Part shown: piece by piece, positions 14,286 to 27,414 of the stretch
Layout: every line of letters begins with the position of its first letter
Numbering within the stretch: the first letter of the stretch is position 1
Source: Haliotis rubra
Lineage: Eukaryota
DNA length: 64,000 nucleotides
Assembly (NCBI RefSeq): GCF_003918875.1
Contig: NW_025765780.1
Location: forward strand, 2,914,001 to 2,978,000
Direction: 5' to 3'
The notes under the pieces: generated by a model
What the model was told of the DNA's origin: nothing
The model's input: only the letters and a program-made list of their open reading frames with translations
The model's database searches: none
Made by a program: the position numbers and the translations under genes

Positions 14286-14797
14286 AACCATCAAAAAATG
14301 CACAGACATTAAACAGATGCCCTAGTTTTACTCACACTTAGCACTTTGTTCTTAAACAAAATCAGTACAATAATAAATCTTTGAAGAGATTTTGAAGCTT
14401 TCCACAGCCCTCCCTCATTCATCAGTAGTTAATTCTTTTATCAGTGCACCATTGGGTCATATATTTAGTTGAACACAGTAAGGCCCATGACAACTTTAAT
14501 ACCACCACATCCAGCTTTCGGCAAAAGGGTCCAATACCAAGCCAGTGGTTGATGGTATGATCATAAATTCTACACCTCATGGTCCCCTTGGCCCTTCTTG
14601 TAACTTTCCATCCGAAGACACTTCCACCACCCAGTTGTCACGCATGTCATGTTGGCAAGGATCATAACCCCCAGACATATCCAATTGACATGCTGCGATA
14701 CACAGACACATTTTTGTGTGTTTTTATCTATTATATCAAACGAATTCTTACATAACATCAGGTATCTTGTGAAATATGTGTTGTGTGGAACATATTT

Positions 14798-15158
14798 CTT
14801 CTGGATGTTGAAAGGGTTTTGTGACGCTTATTGCATTGTCACATATAGTCATCTGAAATGAAACATCAAAGAATATCTTTGTATTTAGTAATATTTCTGT
14901 TCACCCCTCTCCATTAAGTGATGGTATAAAGCTCTCTTTGTAGGTTTTCATGAACAGTAATAACTACTTCATGGCTGAATTGGTTCCCTATCATATTTTC
15001 AGAAAAGAATATGTGTATAGAGAACATACATTTCATCATCCAGCTATGGCTTTTAAACTCTTCGTTTTTGTGCAGTTTATTTTTTCTCAATTGCTGCAAA
15101 TATGAAAAATATTTACATCTGCTACAATTATGACAAGTTCGCAACGAGGTTCAGTGGC
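14798..15158. repeat. Dispersed ~360 bp repeat, copy 2
   Basis: Same-orientation homolog of 9288-9650. Confidence 0.85.
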
Positions 15159-15364
15159 ATTGATTTCTAATAAAATACAGGAAATTGTACCTAATGTTTT
15201 AACCTGCAGAACAGGTCTTAAATCTGGAGACTTAAAATGTGTATGTTTAACTTTAAATCAAATGAATTCTTACATAATATCAGGTAAATATGTATTGTGT
15301 GTACAGTCTGGGTTCAAACTTACACATCTCTCTCTCTCTCATATGCAGACACAGACAAACAGAC

Positions 15365-15498
15365 NNNNNNNNNNNNNNNNNNNNNNNNNNNNNNNNNNNN
15401 NNNNNNNNNNNNNNNNNNNNNNNNNNNNNNNNNNNNNNNNNNNNNNNNNNNNNNNNNNNNNNNNNNNNNNNNNNNNNNNNNNNNNNNNNNNNNNNNNN
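15365..15498. other. Assembly gap (134 N)
   Basis: Run of N flanked by the start of a (GACA)n microsatellite. Confidence 1.
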
Positions 15499-17121
15499 GC
15501 AAGATGACAAATCTAAATTTTCCCATCACTCAGATCCTTGATTTCAGAGAAAGACATTTGCACTAGGAAGAATCCCAACTATATAAGAAACATCCTCTCA
15601 CATGGATGTGTCCACGCAATGCGGGGGAACAGAGACATTAGAGAGCCAAAGGAATTACAACACAAAGCCTGTTTGAGTATACTTGATATATTCTCATTGA
15701 TTGTGGTCCTTGAAGATCAAAGAGAAAAAATAACTGAGTATAATGATTGCTATTCAGATTTTAATTTCCACAAAATGGTTAGACCTTGATGTTAGAGTGA
15801 GCTTATGTTGATACTACATAGTTACTTCACTAGAAATAGAAGTCATTACAGATTTTTACAAAGATCACTCATTAAACTGAACAATCTTCTTTGTAAAAAA
15901 TAAAATACATTTTAGTATTGTCCTACAGATAACACATACATTTTCTCTAAATAAATGCAACACAGGTATTCTTACAATTGCATTTTCAGAATAATTATTC
16001 CACAAATTTTATCAAGATCTTCGTTGTCAAAACATACTGGAATTGCCCTGACCTATACTAAATCTGAATCTTATTGAATTAGTTCATAGCAAGTTAATTC
16101 CTTGATTTATGACCAATGTGAACCATAAATGCCCAAATGGTTTTTAACAGTTTTGCATGCATTTGATTTGTGGATGCAAAATGGCAAAATGTTGAAGTTT
16201 CTGAAGTGCGTGTCCCTCTGTTAAAACAGAGTATACTGTATGCAAGCATCAGCCAGTGATTAACACTTTTAGTATTTTCACCCCCAAGAAGTAGGAGTTT
16301 GAAATCAAGCCGAAGTTCATGTTATCCTATCCGAGTGAATGTGCTTATAATAGAACATTTCTTCACTGTTTCCAACTGCTGGAAAAGTTCTTAAAATTGA
16401 GAGTAAAACAACTCAACTATCTTTAACCAGCCACACATAGAAGTGAAATACATCGTGGCCAACAATCTCTGCTACAATACAAAGTTCTTTGCCATAGGGA
16501 ACAAAACACATGGTCGACCTTGTCAGTGCCTCATGACCTCTACAACTGAAAATGCATCACTGGTTCAACCTATCTGTATTAAATGATTCAAGCAAAGGCT
16601 AACTGAATTTATTTTAGGTAATGACAATATATATTATTTTGGGGGGATGGTTAGACATGTTCGGCAGTCAATTCCCCTTGAGTGAATTTAATCATCTGAT
16701 TCTCAGAATTAGGTCAGTGACTGACCCTCCAAAGCTGGAGTAGAGCAGTTTGCGAGTTCAAGTATCTGTAAAGGAATGGTAAGTAAACCGTGATACATAA
16801 TCATTTCCTTCTATAGAATTATGAAGTTTGAATGATATATGTAAAGGACATCATCCACAAGCTCCTTGCAGATACAAACTTTGAAATCCAAGTCACAGAT
16901 AACAGAGGTCCCACAAGACTTGGAGGAATGGTTTTCAAGAATGGTTCTCAAAGATGATCGTGAAGCCATTCAGTTGTGTTGGATATTTTTACATTAATGT
17001 TAAACATGTTATCTAGGTGTCATATCATGAAGACCATGTTGCATACAAAATTAATATATCTAGTCAATAATTCTTTGAACAAACACAAATTCTGCCAAAA
17101 GACCCCAACATAGAGTAACTT

Positions 17122-17660
17122 TCTGACATTAGTTTTTTAAGACACAGAAGAATTCAGTTTTAAGACCCTAGGACAAACAGATATACTGACATTAGTTTCT
17201 AGGACAAGCAGATATTCTGCCTTAAGATCCTACTATAAACAGATTTACTGACATTTGTTTCTAGGACAAGCAGATATTCTGCTATACGATCCTAGGACAA
17301 ATAGATTTACTGACATTAGTTTCTTATACAAAATGATATTCAGCTATATGATCTGGGACAAACAGATTTACTGACATTAGTTTCTTATACAAAATGATAT
17401 TCAGCTATATGATCTGGGACAAACAGATTTACTGACATTAGTTTCTTATACAAAATGATATTCAGCTATATGATCTGGGACAAACAGATTTACTGACATT
17501 AGTTTCTTGGACAAAATGATATTCTGCTATATGATCTAGGACAAACAGATATACTGACATTAGTTTCTAGGACAAAATGATATTCTGCTATATGTTCTAG
17601 GACAAATAGATATACTGACATTAGTTTCTAGGACAAGCAGATATTCTGACATTAGTTTCT
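17122..17660. repeat. ~58 bp minisatellite built from two related ~29 bp subunits
   Basis: Alternating ggacaaacagatttactgacattagtttct and tatacaaaatgatattcagctatatgatct; about 9 copies. Confidence 0.92.
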
Positions 17661-18029
17661 CTTTAGCACAACCAGAACAGTTCCCAGACAAACAAATATT
17701 CTGAAAAAATAATTCATGACAAAGAATTTAATTTCCCTGACTTAGGAACTGCATGATTTGTCAATTCACTTCCTGGATGAGTTTAACAACCAATCAATAT
17801 TAATGACTTGTTTGTCATACTTTGTTAAATCTTCCCAACTATCAAACAACATGTGAATGATGTGCTTATCCCGTCTACATAACTGTCATAGATCACTGAC
17901 TTTCTATATTCTCAGCTCATTCACTGCACATGATATGTTTGAATTGTTAACTTCACCAGACATTCTTTGCTCATTAACATTGAGAATAATTTCCAGTATG
18001 TTAACATTGACCAGAATTCCTAATTTATA

Positions 18030-18910
18030 AATATTTAACATCCATTCAACTTTATAAACATTTAACATCCACTATACTTTATAAACAGTTAGACTCTCCT
18101 TTATAAACATTTAGACTCTACTTTATAAACATTTTACATTCACTCTACTTTATAAACATTTAACATCCACTCTACTTTATAAACATTTAACATCCACTCT
18201 ACTTTATAAACATTTAACATCCACTCTACTTTATAAACATTTAACATCCACTCTACTTTATAAACATTTAACATCCACTCTACTGTATAAACATTTAACA
18301 TCCACTCTACTTTATAAACATTTAACATCCACTCTACTGTATAAACATTTAACATCCACTCTACTTTATAAACATTTAACATCCACTCTACTGTATAAAC
18401 ATTTAACATCCCTCTACTTTATAAACATTTAACATCCACTCTACTGTATAAACATTTAACATCCACTCTAATAAACATCCATCCACTCTACTATAAACAT
18501 TTAACATCCCTCTACTTTATAAACATTTAACATCCACTCTACTGTATAAACATTTAACATCCACTCTACTTTATAAACATTTAACATCCACTCTACTGTA
18601 TAAACATTTAACATCCACTCTACTTTATAAACATTTAACATCCACTCTACTTTATAAACATTTAACATCCACTCTACTGTATAAACATTTAACATCCCTC
18701 TACTTTATAAACATTTAACATCCACTCTACTGTATAAACATTTAACATCCCCTCTACTTTATAAACATTTAACATCCACTCTACTGTATAAACATTTAAC
18801 ATCCCCTCTACTTTATAAACATTTAACATCCACTCTACTGTATAAACATTTAACATCCCCTCTACTTTATAAACATTTAACATCCACTCTACTGTATAAA
18901 CATTTAACAT
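18030..18910. repeat. 27 bp minisatellite (AAACATTTAACATCCACTCTACTKTAT), about 32 copies
   Basis: Period 27; gives the MLNVYKVEW ORFs. Confidence 0.97.
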
Positions 18911-18914
18911 GCAA

Positions 18915-19260
18915 TTTAACATCATTCCTAGGTTGTTAAAACTTAACATCATTCCTCATTATTCAACACTGTATATCATTCCCATGTTATTAAATTCAAA
19001 CATCATTCCTAGGTTATTTAATTGGAATCAAATTCGTATATCATTCCCATGTTATTAAATTCAAACATCATTCCTAGGTTATTTAATTGGAACATCATTC
19101 TAAGGTTGTTAAAATTAAACATCATTCCTCACTAATTAACACTGAACATCATTCCTTGGTTGTTAAAATTCAACATCATTCCTATGCTATTAACATTTAA
19201 TGTCATCCCAATTTGTTAACATTTGACACTGTTCCCATTCCATAAACATTGAAAATTATT
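18915..19260. repeat. Older, diverged ~27 bp array (AACATCATTCCTAGGTTGTTAAAATT-like)
   Basis: catcattcc recurs at roughly 27 bp spacing, contiguous with the homogeneous array. Confidence 0.8.
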
Positions 19261-20164
19261 CATATTTCATAACTGCACACACAATTCCTAGTTCATTATA
19301 ATTATGTTTCACAATTTAATTCTGTCCTTCAAACTGACTTGATATGAAGACTGATGAATCCTGGCTTACAAAGTACATAACACAACTGAAATCAATATTA
19401 GCAACAAACCTGTCTATTTAGAGTCTTGTGAAAACTGCCACTTTATCGATGAGGTTTAGATGTATTTCAACTCAAATTCCTAAATAGGTACGAATTCAGT
19501 GTACATATCTGACATACATAATTGAAATGCTGTTTACATTTCAAAGCACAGATAAAAGCTTTTATATATTGCGAGATTGCCAGTTTTAGCACATGTCATG
19601 CATTACTACTGTGATATCGACATTTTCCGGAAAGAAAGACAAGCTGGTTGCACTTTTGGAGTTAAAACTAGTAGATTAGTGTTGGGAGTTTTGATGTAGA
19701 AGTGGTATATTATTGGCAACAACCCCCAGGCCTTCCCACCCTCAAGTATCCCCACCCTATTGTACAAGTGTTTCATGATGGTGTCCACAGTGGTATACTT
19801 GTATGTTGTGATTCTATGTGGTAGCTGCAAGTCATCCTAATGTCCTCCTTGCTATCACACAGATCCATATTGATGCCTCATACCTATCTTGTTAATGTAG
19901 GGATTCATGTCATGTTACCATTTACCAAATTTCTTTTTGTAATCAAATCATGACATACTCGGAACAGTGCCACTTTGTTATCATGAGGAGAGAAGTCCCG
20001 TGCCTGATCGCTGATAGATTATGGCTCGTGCCTTGTTGAATGGTTGGAACACTGATGATCAGTCACTCACTCACTCACATTCTATCACATCAATTTCTGT
20101 AATATTTCTCAATGTTTTTGTCAGTTTAGTCTAAAAGCACAGTTGCAAGTTTCAAACTATGTAG

Positions 20165-20307
20165 TTCATGTTTTCTGCATTCAGATTCTATATTATAGAA
20201 TGATAATATTTTCATGTTTTCTGCATTCAGATTCTATATTATAGAATGATAATATTTTCATGTTTTCTGCATTCAGATTCTATATTATAGAATGATAATA
20301 TTTTCAT
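20165..20307. repeat. Exact 46 bp triplication
   Basis: Copies start at 20165, 20211 and 20257. Confidence 0.95.
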
Positions 20308-23300
20308 CAAAACTGTTAGTATAATTATGAAATACCAGTTAAGTCTTAACTTAAAATATTAAAACTAAAACACTGACCAATTGTAGGAATAAAATGGTTA
20401 CAGTAGTACAACCAGTACATCAGGGTCATGGTATGAAGATAATGGTTGTCATGCAACCAGTGCACTATAATTATACTGAGAAAACAATGGTGGCAGTGCA
20501 ACTAGTGCAATATGATCAGAATTTGAACACAAAAGTTGCAGTGCAACCAGTGGAATAACATGATATGAATACGATGCATGTGATAACATTGACCACAATG
20601 GATGTGACAATGTTGTGTTGCACCTAGATTACAAATAGACATCAACCAATTAGAAAAGTTGGACTGAATGACACAAAACATGAAGATTGTAGACTTGTTA
20701 GAAGGTCAGCTCCTACTTTGAAATAAAGTCTATGGATGTTACATAAGCATGAGAATGTAGCTGTCATGGCAAGTATCATCAAAGTGGGGTAAGGATTCAA
20801 ACCCACATTCAGTGGATCCTGGATGTTAAGGGACATAACTCTGTGCTATAAATGTAGGCATTGTGCAACCTACAAACCTAGATATGAGAACCTTTCAAAT
20901 CAAATTCAGGTAAGAGAACTTTTAAAAGACAATTTTATTCCTTGACTATATGATCTGTTAACATATTTATTTGTTTGACTGTTTTTATTTTAATCCCTAT
21001 TACCAGTAAGTATGCATACACACATTAAAGTAAAAACAAGTGTTTCTAAGCCAGGAAATATATTTGTGACATAGTAAAAGGGTAATGTTGAGAAAAAGAA
21101 AATAGTTAGTTAATAGACCTTAGTTTTATCATTAACAAAAGCTTCAGGTCATTTTAATTTAAATCATTTTAACATTCCTTTAAAGTAAGTTGAGTTGAGT
21201 ATGTTATATTGAAACTAAATACATTGATGCAATGATTTTATATCATTATATTATTCATTTATAGTTTCTCCTCCATACTTACAAACTTTTTTATTCATTT
21301 TAATTTTGATTTAGATTTTGTTTGTCCGAAACTAGGAGCTCAAAATGAATATTTGTTTGAAATTTACAAAATACTTCCAAAATGCATATATAAAGTCTAC
21401 ATATAAAACATAATTGAAAAACAGTTCAAATGAATCTTTTAAGTAAAAATTTGTCCCTGAAAATTACCAGACTTAGTAGAGACTTGAAACTTGTTTAAAC
21501 AAACTCTACGCAGTATTAAATTTATAAACATCCTGAACAAACATCCCAGACTATGAAATTGATAAAATTATTGATATTTGTGTATTAGACCCCACAGTTC
21601 TATACTAACTGCACATATATATATATTGATATCAGACCTGTCACAGTAGATACACAGACAGCAGCCTAGCCTATATTTGTATACGTTACAAATTCCATTC
21701 AATCAAAATGGAATGATCCACAATTACATAAAAATATGAAATCTTACAGCAATTGCCGATATTAAACACTTATCGAGACATGCGTTTAATGCCAAGTCTG
21801 ATAAGATGAGAACGATACAGGCTAAAGCAGAGATATGTAGACACAGTATACCTTCAAGTATAGCTTGACCTGGAAACTGTATATGAAGATGGATCATTGA
21901 TGGAGTTGTCAGGTCGTCACGGACGCAGTATGGCATGTAGGTGCAACACAACGTCAACAGTATTCAGACAAATGTAAAAACACCGGCCGTGTCTGCATCG
22001 CACAGAAAAAACAGTGAGTCATGGAAGCATTCCGCCACTTCGCCTATGGCACTGTGTACATAAGCCAAGAGACGTTAGCAAAAACCAGTGGAAAAACTCC
22101 TTTATACACCTATATTTCCAACTCAAAAATCATCCACAGAGTCCAAAACGCTGTCCCAAATACTACACACAAAAACAGCTTTTTAAAGCCACATATCTTC
22201 CATTCAGAACATAAAAACAGCAATTTCTAACTGGTTTTTACAGCAGCGAGAGGCACTTGAGGTTTTTTTACACACCAATTACATCATACGAGCTATCCCC
22301 CCTATTTGCAGAATGAGCACGTCCCTGTTACTCCATCAGCAGTTGGTGTGTTGACCTAGTGAGTAGCATTTGTCTGGGTTGATATGCAGGCCTATATGCA
22401 CTATAGGCCAATGTCGCCTGGCTCTTATGTGTTTACCTCATTGTAAGGACAAAACTCACCACGGAGCTTTATAACTGCTTTGCTTTAAACTTATCAAATA
22501 TAAACATAAACAAATAAAAACAGAATATTTCAAGGAGTTATTTACAGTTCGTGGGAGAACTCACAAGGGGAATGGATTCTCACGTTATAACGAAACCGTT
22601 AAGGCACAGTAAGCATACAAGCGTAGAAGCATGTTATGTCTGAAAGAGTGACCTCAATGCAATTGATTGCGAGACAAGATTATACTTACGCCAACATACA
22701 AACTCAACGTCTCGGGTAACAAAATGCTGTCTGAATTTATGTATTTCACAAAAAACGAACTAAAAAAGTTTATTTTTTTAATTGAAAAAGCAGAGTACAA
22801 CATTTAGAGTAAAGCAGTTGTACTGTAGCCTGTTGTACATCACCAGAGAGTGCATTAAATCACTGAGTGCAGACTGCGGGACGTTCTCACAGACAGAAGA
22901 TATACACGTGCCAGACAGCTTGGACTATTGGGGAATATTTCAGACCTAATCAAATTTGATATGTGTAACAGTCATCTTTCTTAAACTTAAAGCTGTGAAC
23001 TTTATTCATCCATTTTGTAAATTTAAAATTTTTACAAAATTTGATTTGTGGAGGTTATGTTCTGTTCAAGTTTAAAGATGTCAATGTTATTCTTCATATA
23101 TATTGATTAATATCATAAATGTCAGAGAATATTAAAATAGTTTCATGGATATAAGAACATAAAATGAAATTAATTCAGACAGATGCTGAAAAATAGTTTG
23201 ATTTGTATGTGATTGTTTTTGGTTAGCTGATCATATTAATGCTATTTAAATATGCATAGATTTCTACATCAACAATAATAACTAACATTATTTTTGAAAT

Positions 23301-23778
23301 ATGAAAATTAAGATCTCAGTTAAATTCTTCTTATTTAGAGCACATTTGTGAAATGTTTGCTCTTTTTTAATTATGCCACTGATGATAAACAAATCTGGAC
23401 GATATGAAAATTGAAAGTTGTCATGAAAATACCAGATTAAAAAATGGACTGACCTACCTGTTTATTAGTTTGAGCCAGTGGAAACATCTTGATCCCGTCA
23501 AACATTACAGAGAGTGACGTAAGACTTATCAAGCATACATTCACTCAAGAAACAGTAGAATGAGTAAACATGCATAATTCTTTTTAAAAAACTTAGATAA
23601 TGCACTCTAGTTGTGCAAATAAAGCATTCTAGGTCAATTTTTATCTCAACCTACAGGACTTGATCGCTGTTTCAACCATCTGTGACAAAAGTAGACCTTG
23701 GAAACACAGGACAAAATCAGGGAGACTTCAGTTTTCATCCAAACCTTCTACATTAACATATTTTAAATTTATTGAGAA

Positions 23779-23930
23779 GGTTTAATGCCACCTTGAGCAT
23801 GATTCAAGTGATATCACAGTGGGGGGGACAGGAGACATGGGTTTCACACTGTCCACTCATGTGGGGAATCAAAGTGAACACTTTGTACAGCCTTATCAGA
23901 AGATGCTTTAACCACTAGGCTATGCCCCTG
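23779..23930 (-). mobile_element. Degenerate SINE family A copy
   Basis: gatatcacagtgggggggaca...catgtggggaatcaaa...gctttaaccactaggcta. Confidence 0.6.
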
Positions 23931-24078
23931 CTGAAAATTAATTGAAGATTAATGTTAAATTGGTTTTTTTTGGTTCATATAGCCCTAAACTCTAATTAAC
24001 TAATTAACTAAACTATAGATGTTGGTATTTCAATTAACAAACAGTTAATCTACTGAGGATGATGGTGACAACAATGAT

Positions 24079-24255
24079 GAGTGAGTGAGTTTAGTTTTAT
24101 GCTGCTATATTCTAGCTATATGGTGGTGGTCTGTAAATAATCGATTGGACCAGACAATCCAGTGATCAACAGCATGAGCATCGATCTACGCAATTGGGAA
24201 CCGATGACTTGTGTCAACCAAGTCAGTGAGTCTGACCACCCGATCCCGTTAGTCG
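24079..24255 (-). mobile_element. Short retroposon family B (5'-truncated)
   Basis: (GAGT)n tail and a tail related to family A, but a different body (ccagacaatccagtgatcaacagcatgagcatcgatctacgcaattggg...cccgatcccgttagtcg); related copies at 13.7 kb and 45.4 kb. Confidence 0.8.
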
Positions 24256-24281
24256 GACAACAATGACGAAGAAGATGATGA

Positions 24282-24335
24282 TGAGCGAGTGAGTTATTAT
24301 TTAACGTCACATCGGCAATATTTCAGCCATATCAT
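24282..24335 (-). mobile_element. 3' tail fragment of a third short retroposon family (C)
   Basis: gagtgagttattatttaacgtcacatcggcaatatttcagccatatc parallels the family A/B tail (gagtgagtttagttttacgccgcttttagcaatattccagcaatatc). Confidence 0.55.
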
Positions 24336-24342
24336 GATGAAA

Positions 24343-24353
24343 ATGATGATGAA

Positions 24354-24394
<41 letters not shown>
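24343..24394. repeat. (GAT)n microsatellite
   Basis: Direct trinucleotide run. Confidence 0.95.
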
Positions 24395-24395
<1 letters not shown>

Positions 24396-25076
24396 GTAGG
24401 AACAAAAGTCTTTTGATGATATGTAACCATGGCAAAGTATGTTTTCAACTGTTAGCCACAAGAGTTAAATTTAATGCTAAAAGGCCTACAAATTAACCTA
24501 TCCCACTAAAGATACTTATCAATAGAAGGCTGAAAAACCAACATGTGGCAAGTTTCCTTGATAAGAACACACAAAATGTCATGTATGTCAATGTTTGGTG
24601 ACACATGCATGTATCTAACAACTACACACATACCCACACATTGACCCTGTTTCATTTCATCAAGGAGCTATAGTCAGTATTTGCATGATTCCAAATGGGT
24701 GTGTTTTCCTCTTTCATCGGTATCAATTTACATAGGCAAATGGATCTGTGTAAACTATTAATAGATAATTACACAAATCAATAAGAAAGAAGTTCATCCC
24801 TAAAAGCTGTATTACGTAAGTGAGGGAATGTTTGAAACGGAACCTATTTTTTATTGTTACACAGGAGTGTTCATCTTGGTGATGTATGCAGTGAATCATG
24901 TAAAGAACTTTGTCTTGCTAAGTACGGGTTGTACATATCCAGGTAGTTGTATCGTATGATAGATCCTGGTCTGCCGCCCACATAGTCACTGCTAGTAGTA
25001 CATCACAGCTACGTAGGTTTCATAACACACTGCTTGGTTGTAGAATACTAGTTCTGCTGGTACTACAGGGGGGGCA

Positions 25077-25290
25077 CTCACTCACTCACTCATTCACTCA
25101 TCCACCAACTACCCCAAAACACTCCCACTCACTCTCTCACTTACCCACCCATTCACTCACTCACTCATCAAAACACACACAACCACACATCCTTTCACTC
25201 ACTCACTCATCCACAACTCGCAAAAACCCTCCCATTCCTCACTCACTCACCCATTCACTCACTCACTCAAAACACACACACCCATCCATG
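25077..25290. repeat. Imperfect (CACT)n low-complexity tract
   Basis: Repeated CACTCACT blocks. Confidence 0.85.
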
Positions 25291-25727
25291 TACTCATATT
25301 CTATCATATCGAATTCTGATTTCTGTAATATTTCTAAACATTTTTGTCAGTTTAGTCTAAATCTGTTATCACAGTTTACCAAAGCATTCAGAGTCCAAGA
25401 CGAATCCTAATATAATCACCAGGTACTATATCTTTGTTTGTCAAGATCTCTCCATGTTCCAGTATTTCCATGTTGCTGATAATGGCCGACATCAGTGTCA
25501 AAAAGCTGTTAACGTCACTCCATCCCCATCAATAAAGATTACTGCATCCTATACATCTAAAATTTCACAAAGTTGCTGTTGGTAATATGCTCTAATGGAA
25601 TATACAAGTCCTTGACATAGAAATACATTCTTAGATATGAAACACTCTAGGGTCCTTCAGGCCATTGATGAACATAGATCAAGACACGGAGAGGGACTTA
25701 CATGGTAATCTGGATCATAGCACTGAC

Positions 25728-26004
25728 TCAACTCAGATTAACAAATTTCTGGATAATACTGGTGAACATACTTGGGGTTATCCAGTTTTGATGACATGAT
25801 TTTGTATACATGTAGCGTCCACTCAATGTGGTGTCCAGACTATTGAGGTTTCTGTGTATAGGGATTTCATTGAAGAATTCATCAGGTTTAGCAATATCCC
25901 CACAGTGGAAAGGGAGATCACAATAGGTTTTATTCTTTGCGCTGACTAGGTGGCCTTTGTGGTGAGTGAACCCTTTATCCACTAGGATACCAAACTGCCT
26001 TGCA
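25728..26004 (-). pseudogene. Possible decayed PIF/Harbinger (ISL2EU-like) DDE transposase C-terminal fragment
   Basis: Open frame ...GILVDKGFT...LPF...ITPSMFTSIIQ; a +1 frame gives HIEWT at about the position of the HVERA motif; judged by eye only. Confidence 0.3.
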
Positions 26005-26029
26005 CTGTTGAAATTGATCACTAAAGAAC

Positions 26030-26630
26030 ACTTCCCCCCCAGCTCCAACCCTTCACATCCCTCATCCATGCTTACCCCCCTCAACATGGTTGCCCCCTCC
26101 CCCCAAAAAAACAAACAAACAAACAAAAAACAATTTGCCACCTTCATCCCTGCTTGTACCCTTCAACCCTGCTCTCTCCCATCATCTTTGCCTGACCCCC
26201 TCATATCTTTTTGCACCTTCATCCCTGCTTGTACCCTTCAACCCTGCTCTCTCCCATCCTCTTTGCCTGACCCCCTCATATCTTTTTGCACCTTCATCCC
26301 TGCTCACTTTATTCATCCTTGTTTGCCTCCTTCATCCCTGTTTGCCCCCTTCATCCCTGCTTGTCCCTCACTCCTGCTTGTCCCCACATCTCTGCTTGCC
26401 CCATATCTCTGTTTGCCCCCTCATTATTTCTCACACCCTCAAACCTGCACTCATTTTCTAATCTTCCCAACCTCATCAACTTCCCGGACCTTCTTACCAC
26501 CACCCCCACTCATCTCGGCTTGCCCCTCATCCATGCCCACCCCTTCAAACTTGATCACCCCCTCATTCTTGAGCCCCTCTCTTTTGTTTGCCTTCACATC
26601 CCCCCCCACCCCTTGCTGACTCCCCTGCTC
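26030..26630. repeat. Pyrimidine-rich low-complexity region containing a 75 bp duplication (26141/26216)
   Basis: The unit starting ccttcatccctgcttgtacccttcaaccctgc occurs twice. Confidence 0.8.
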
Positions 26631-27326
26631 ACACTCAAAGCAAGGGTATGTTCTTCCTGCTCACTGGCATTTGTTCAGTTTGACAGACCTACCTGATACA
26701 ATCCACCAGTAGCCTTCCAAATACCTATGTGCGTGACACATTGCTTGATACAGATAACAACATATAGAGACTATATATATATATAGCTAGTATGAGTATA
26801 TACATCATCTTCACCGGTTCATTCTCCACAGACCCATGTTTGTAGATTACACATGTCTGTGGGCAAGGGGAAATATTCAGTGTGTGCCGATTTCATTGTT
26901 TGTTTGTCCGTGTCTTCCTTCCCTCCTTCCTTCACCTAATCCCTCCCTTTGTTCTTCCCTTTTTCCTTCCTTTACTCATTCTTTATTTTGTTCTTCTTTC
27001 TATTTTCTCTCCTTCGTTTGACTCTTAGCCCATTTCCTTGTATCCTTTATCCTTCCCAAATATTCCTTTGATATCTCTCATTTTTTGTTTCTTCTGTTGA
27101 ATTCTTTCAATTATATGTGTTTTTTCGTATTATTCTGCACCTGACCTGTTATTACTGAAGCCTTCCTTGTTTTTCATGCCTCTTATGATTATTTCTTTCA
27201 TCACTTTTAGTTTCTGTTCTTTCATGTTTTTTTTTAATTCTACATATTTTTGTGAAGCTAATATTCCTGATTTATTTATCATAATACTTCACGTCAGTTC
27301 ATTTATCTATTTAATTCCTTCAGGCA

Positions 27327-27414
27327 CTGTGTGTGTGTGAGGTGTGAGAGACAGAGAAGGGAAGGAAAAAGGGGGGAGGGGAGAGAGAGAGAGAGAAGGG
27401 AGAGAGTGGGAGAG
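27327..27414. repeat. (TG)n/(GA)n microsatellite
   Basis: Direct. Confidence 0.85.
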
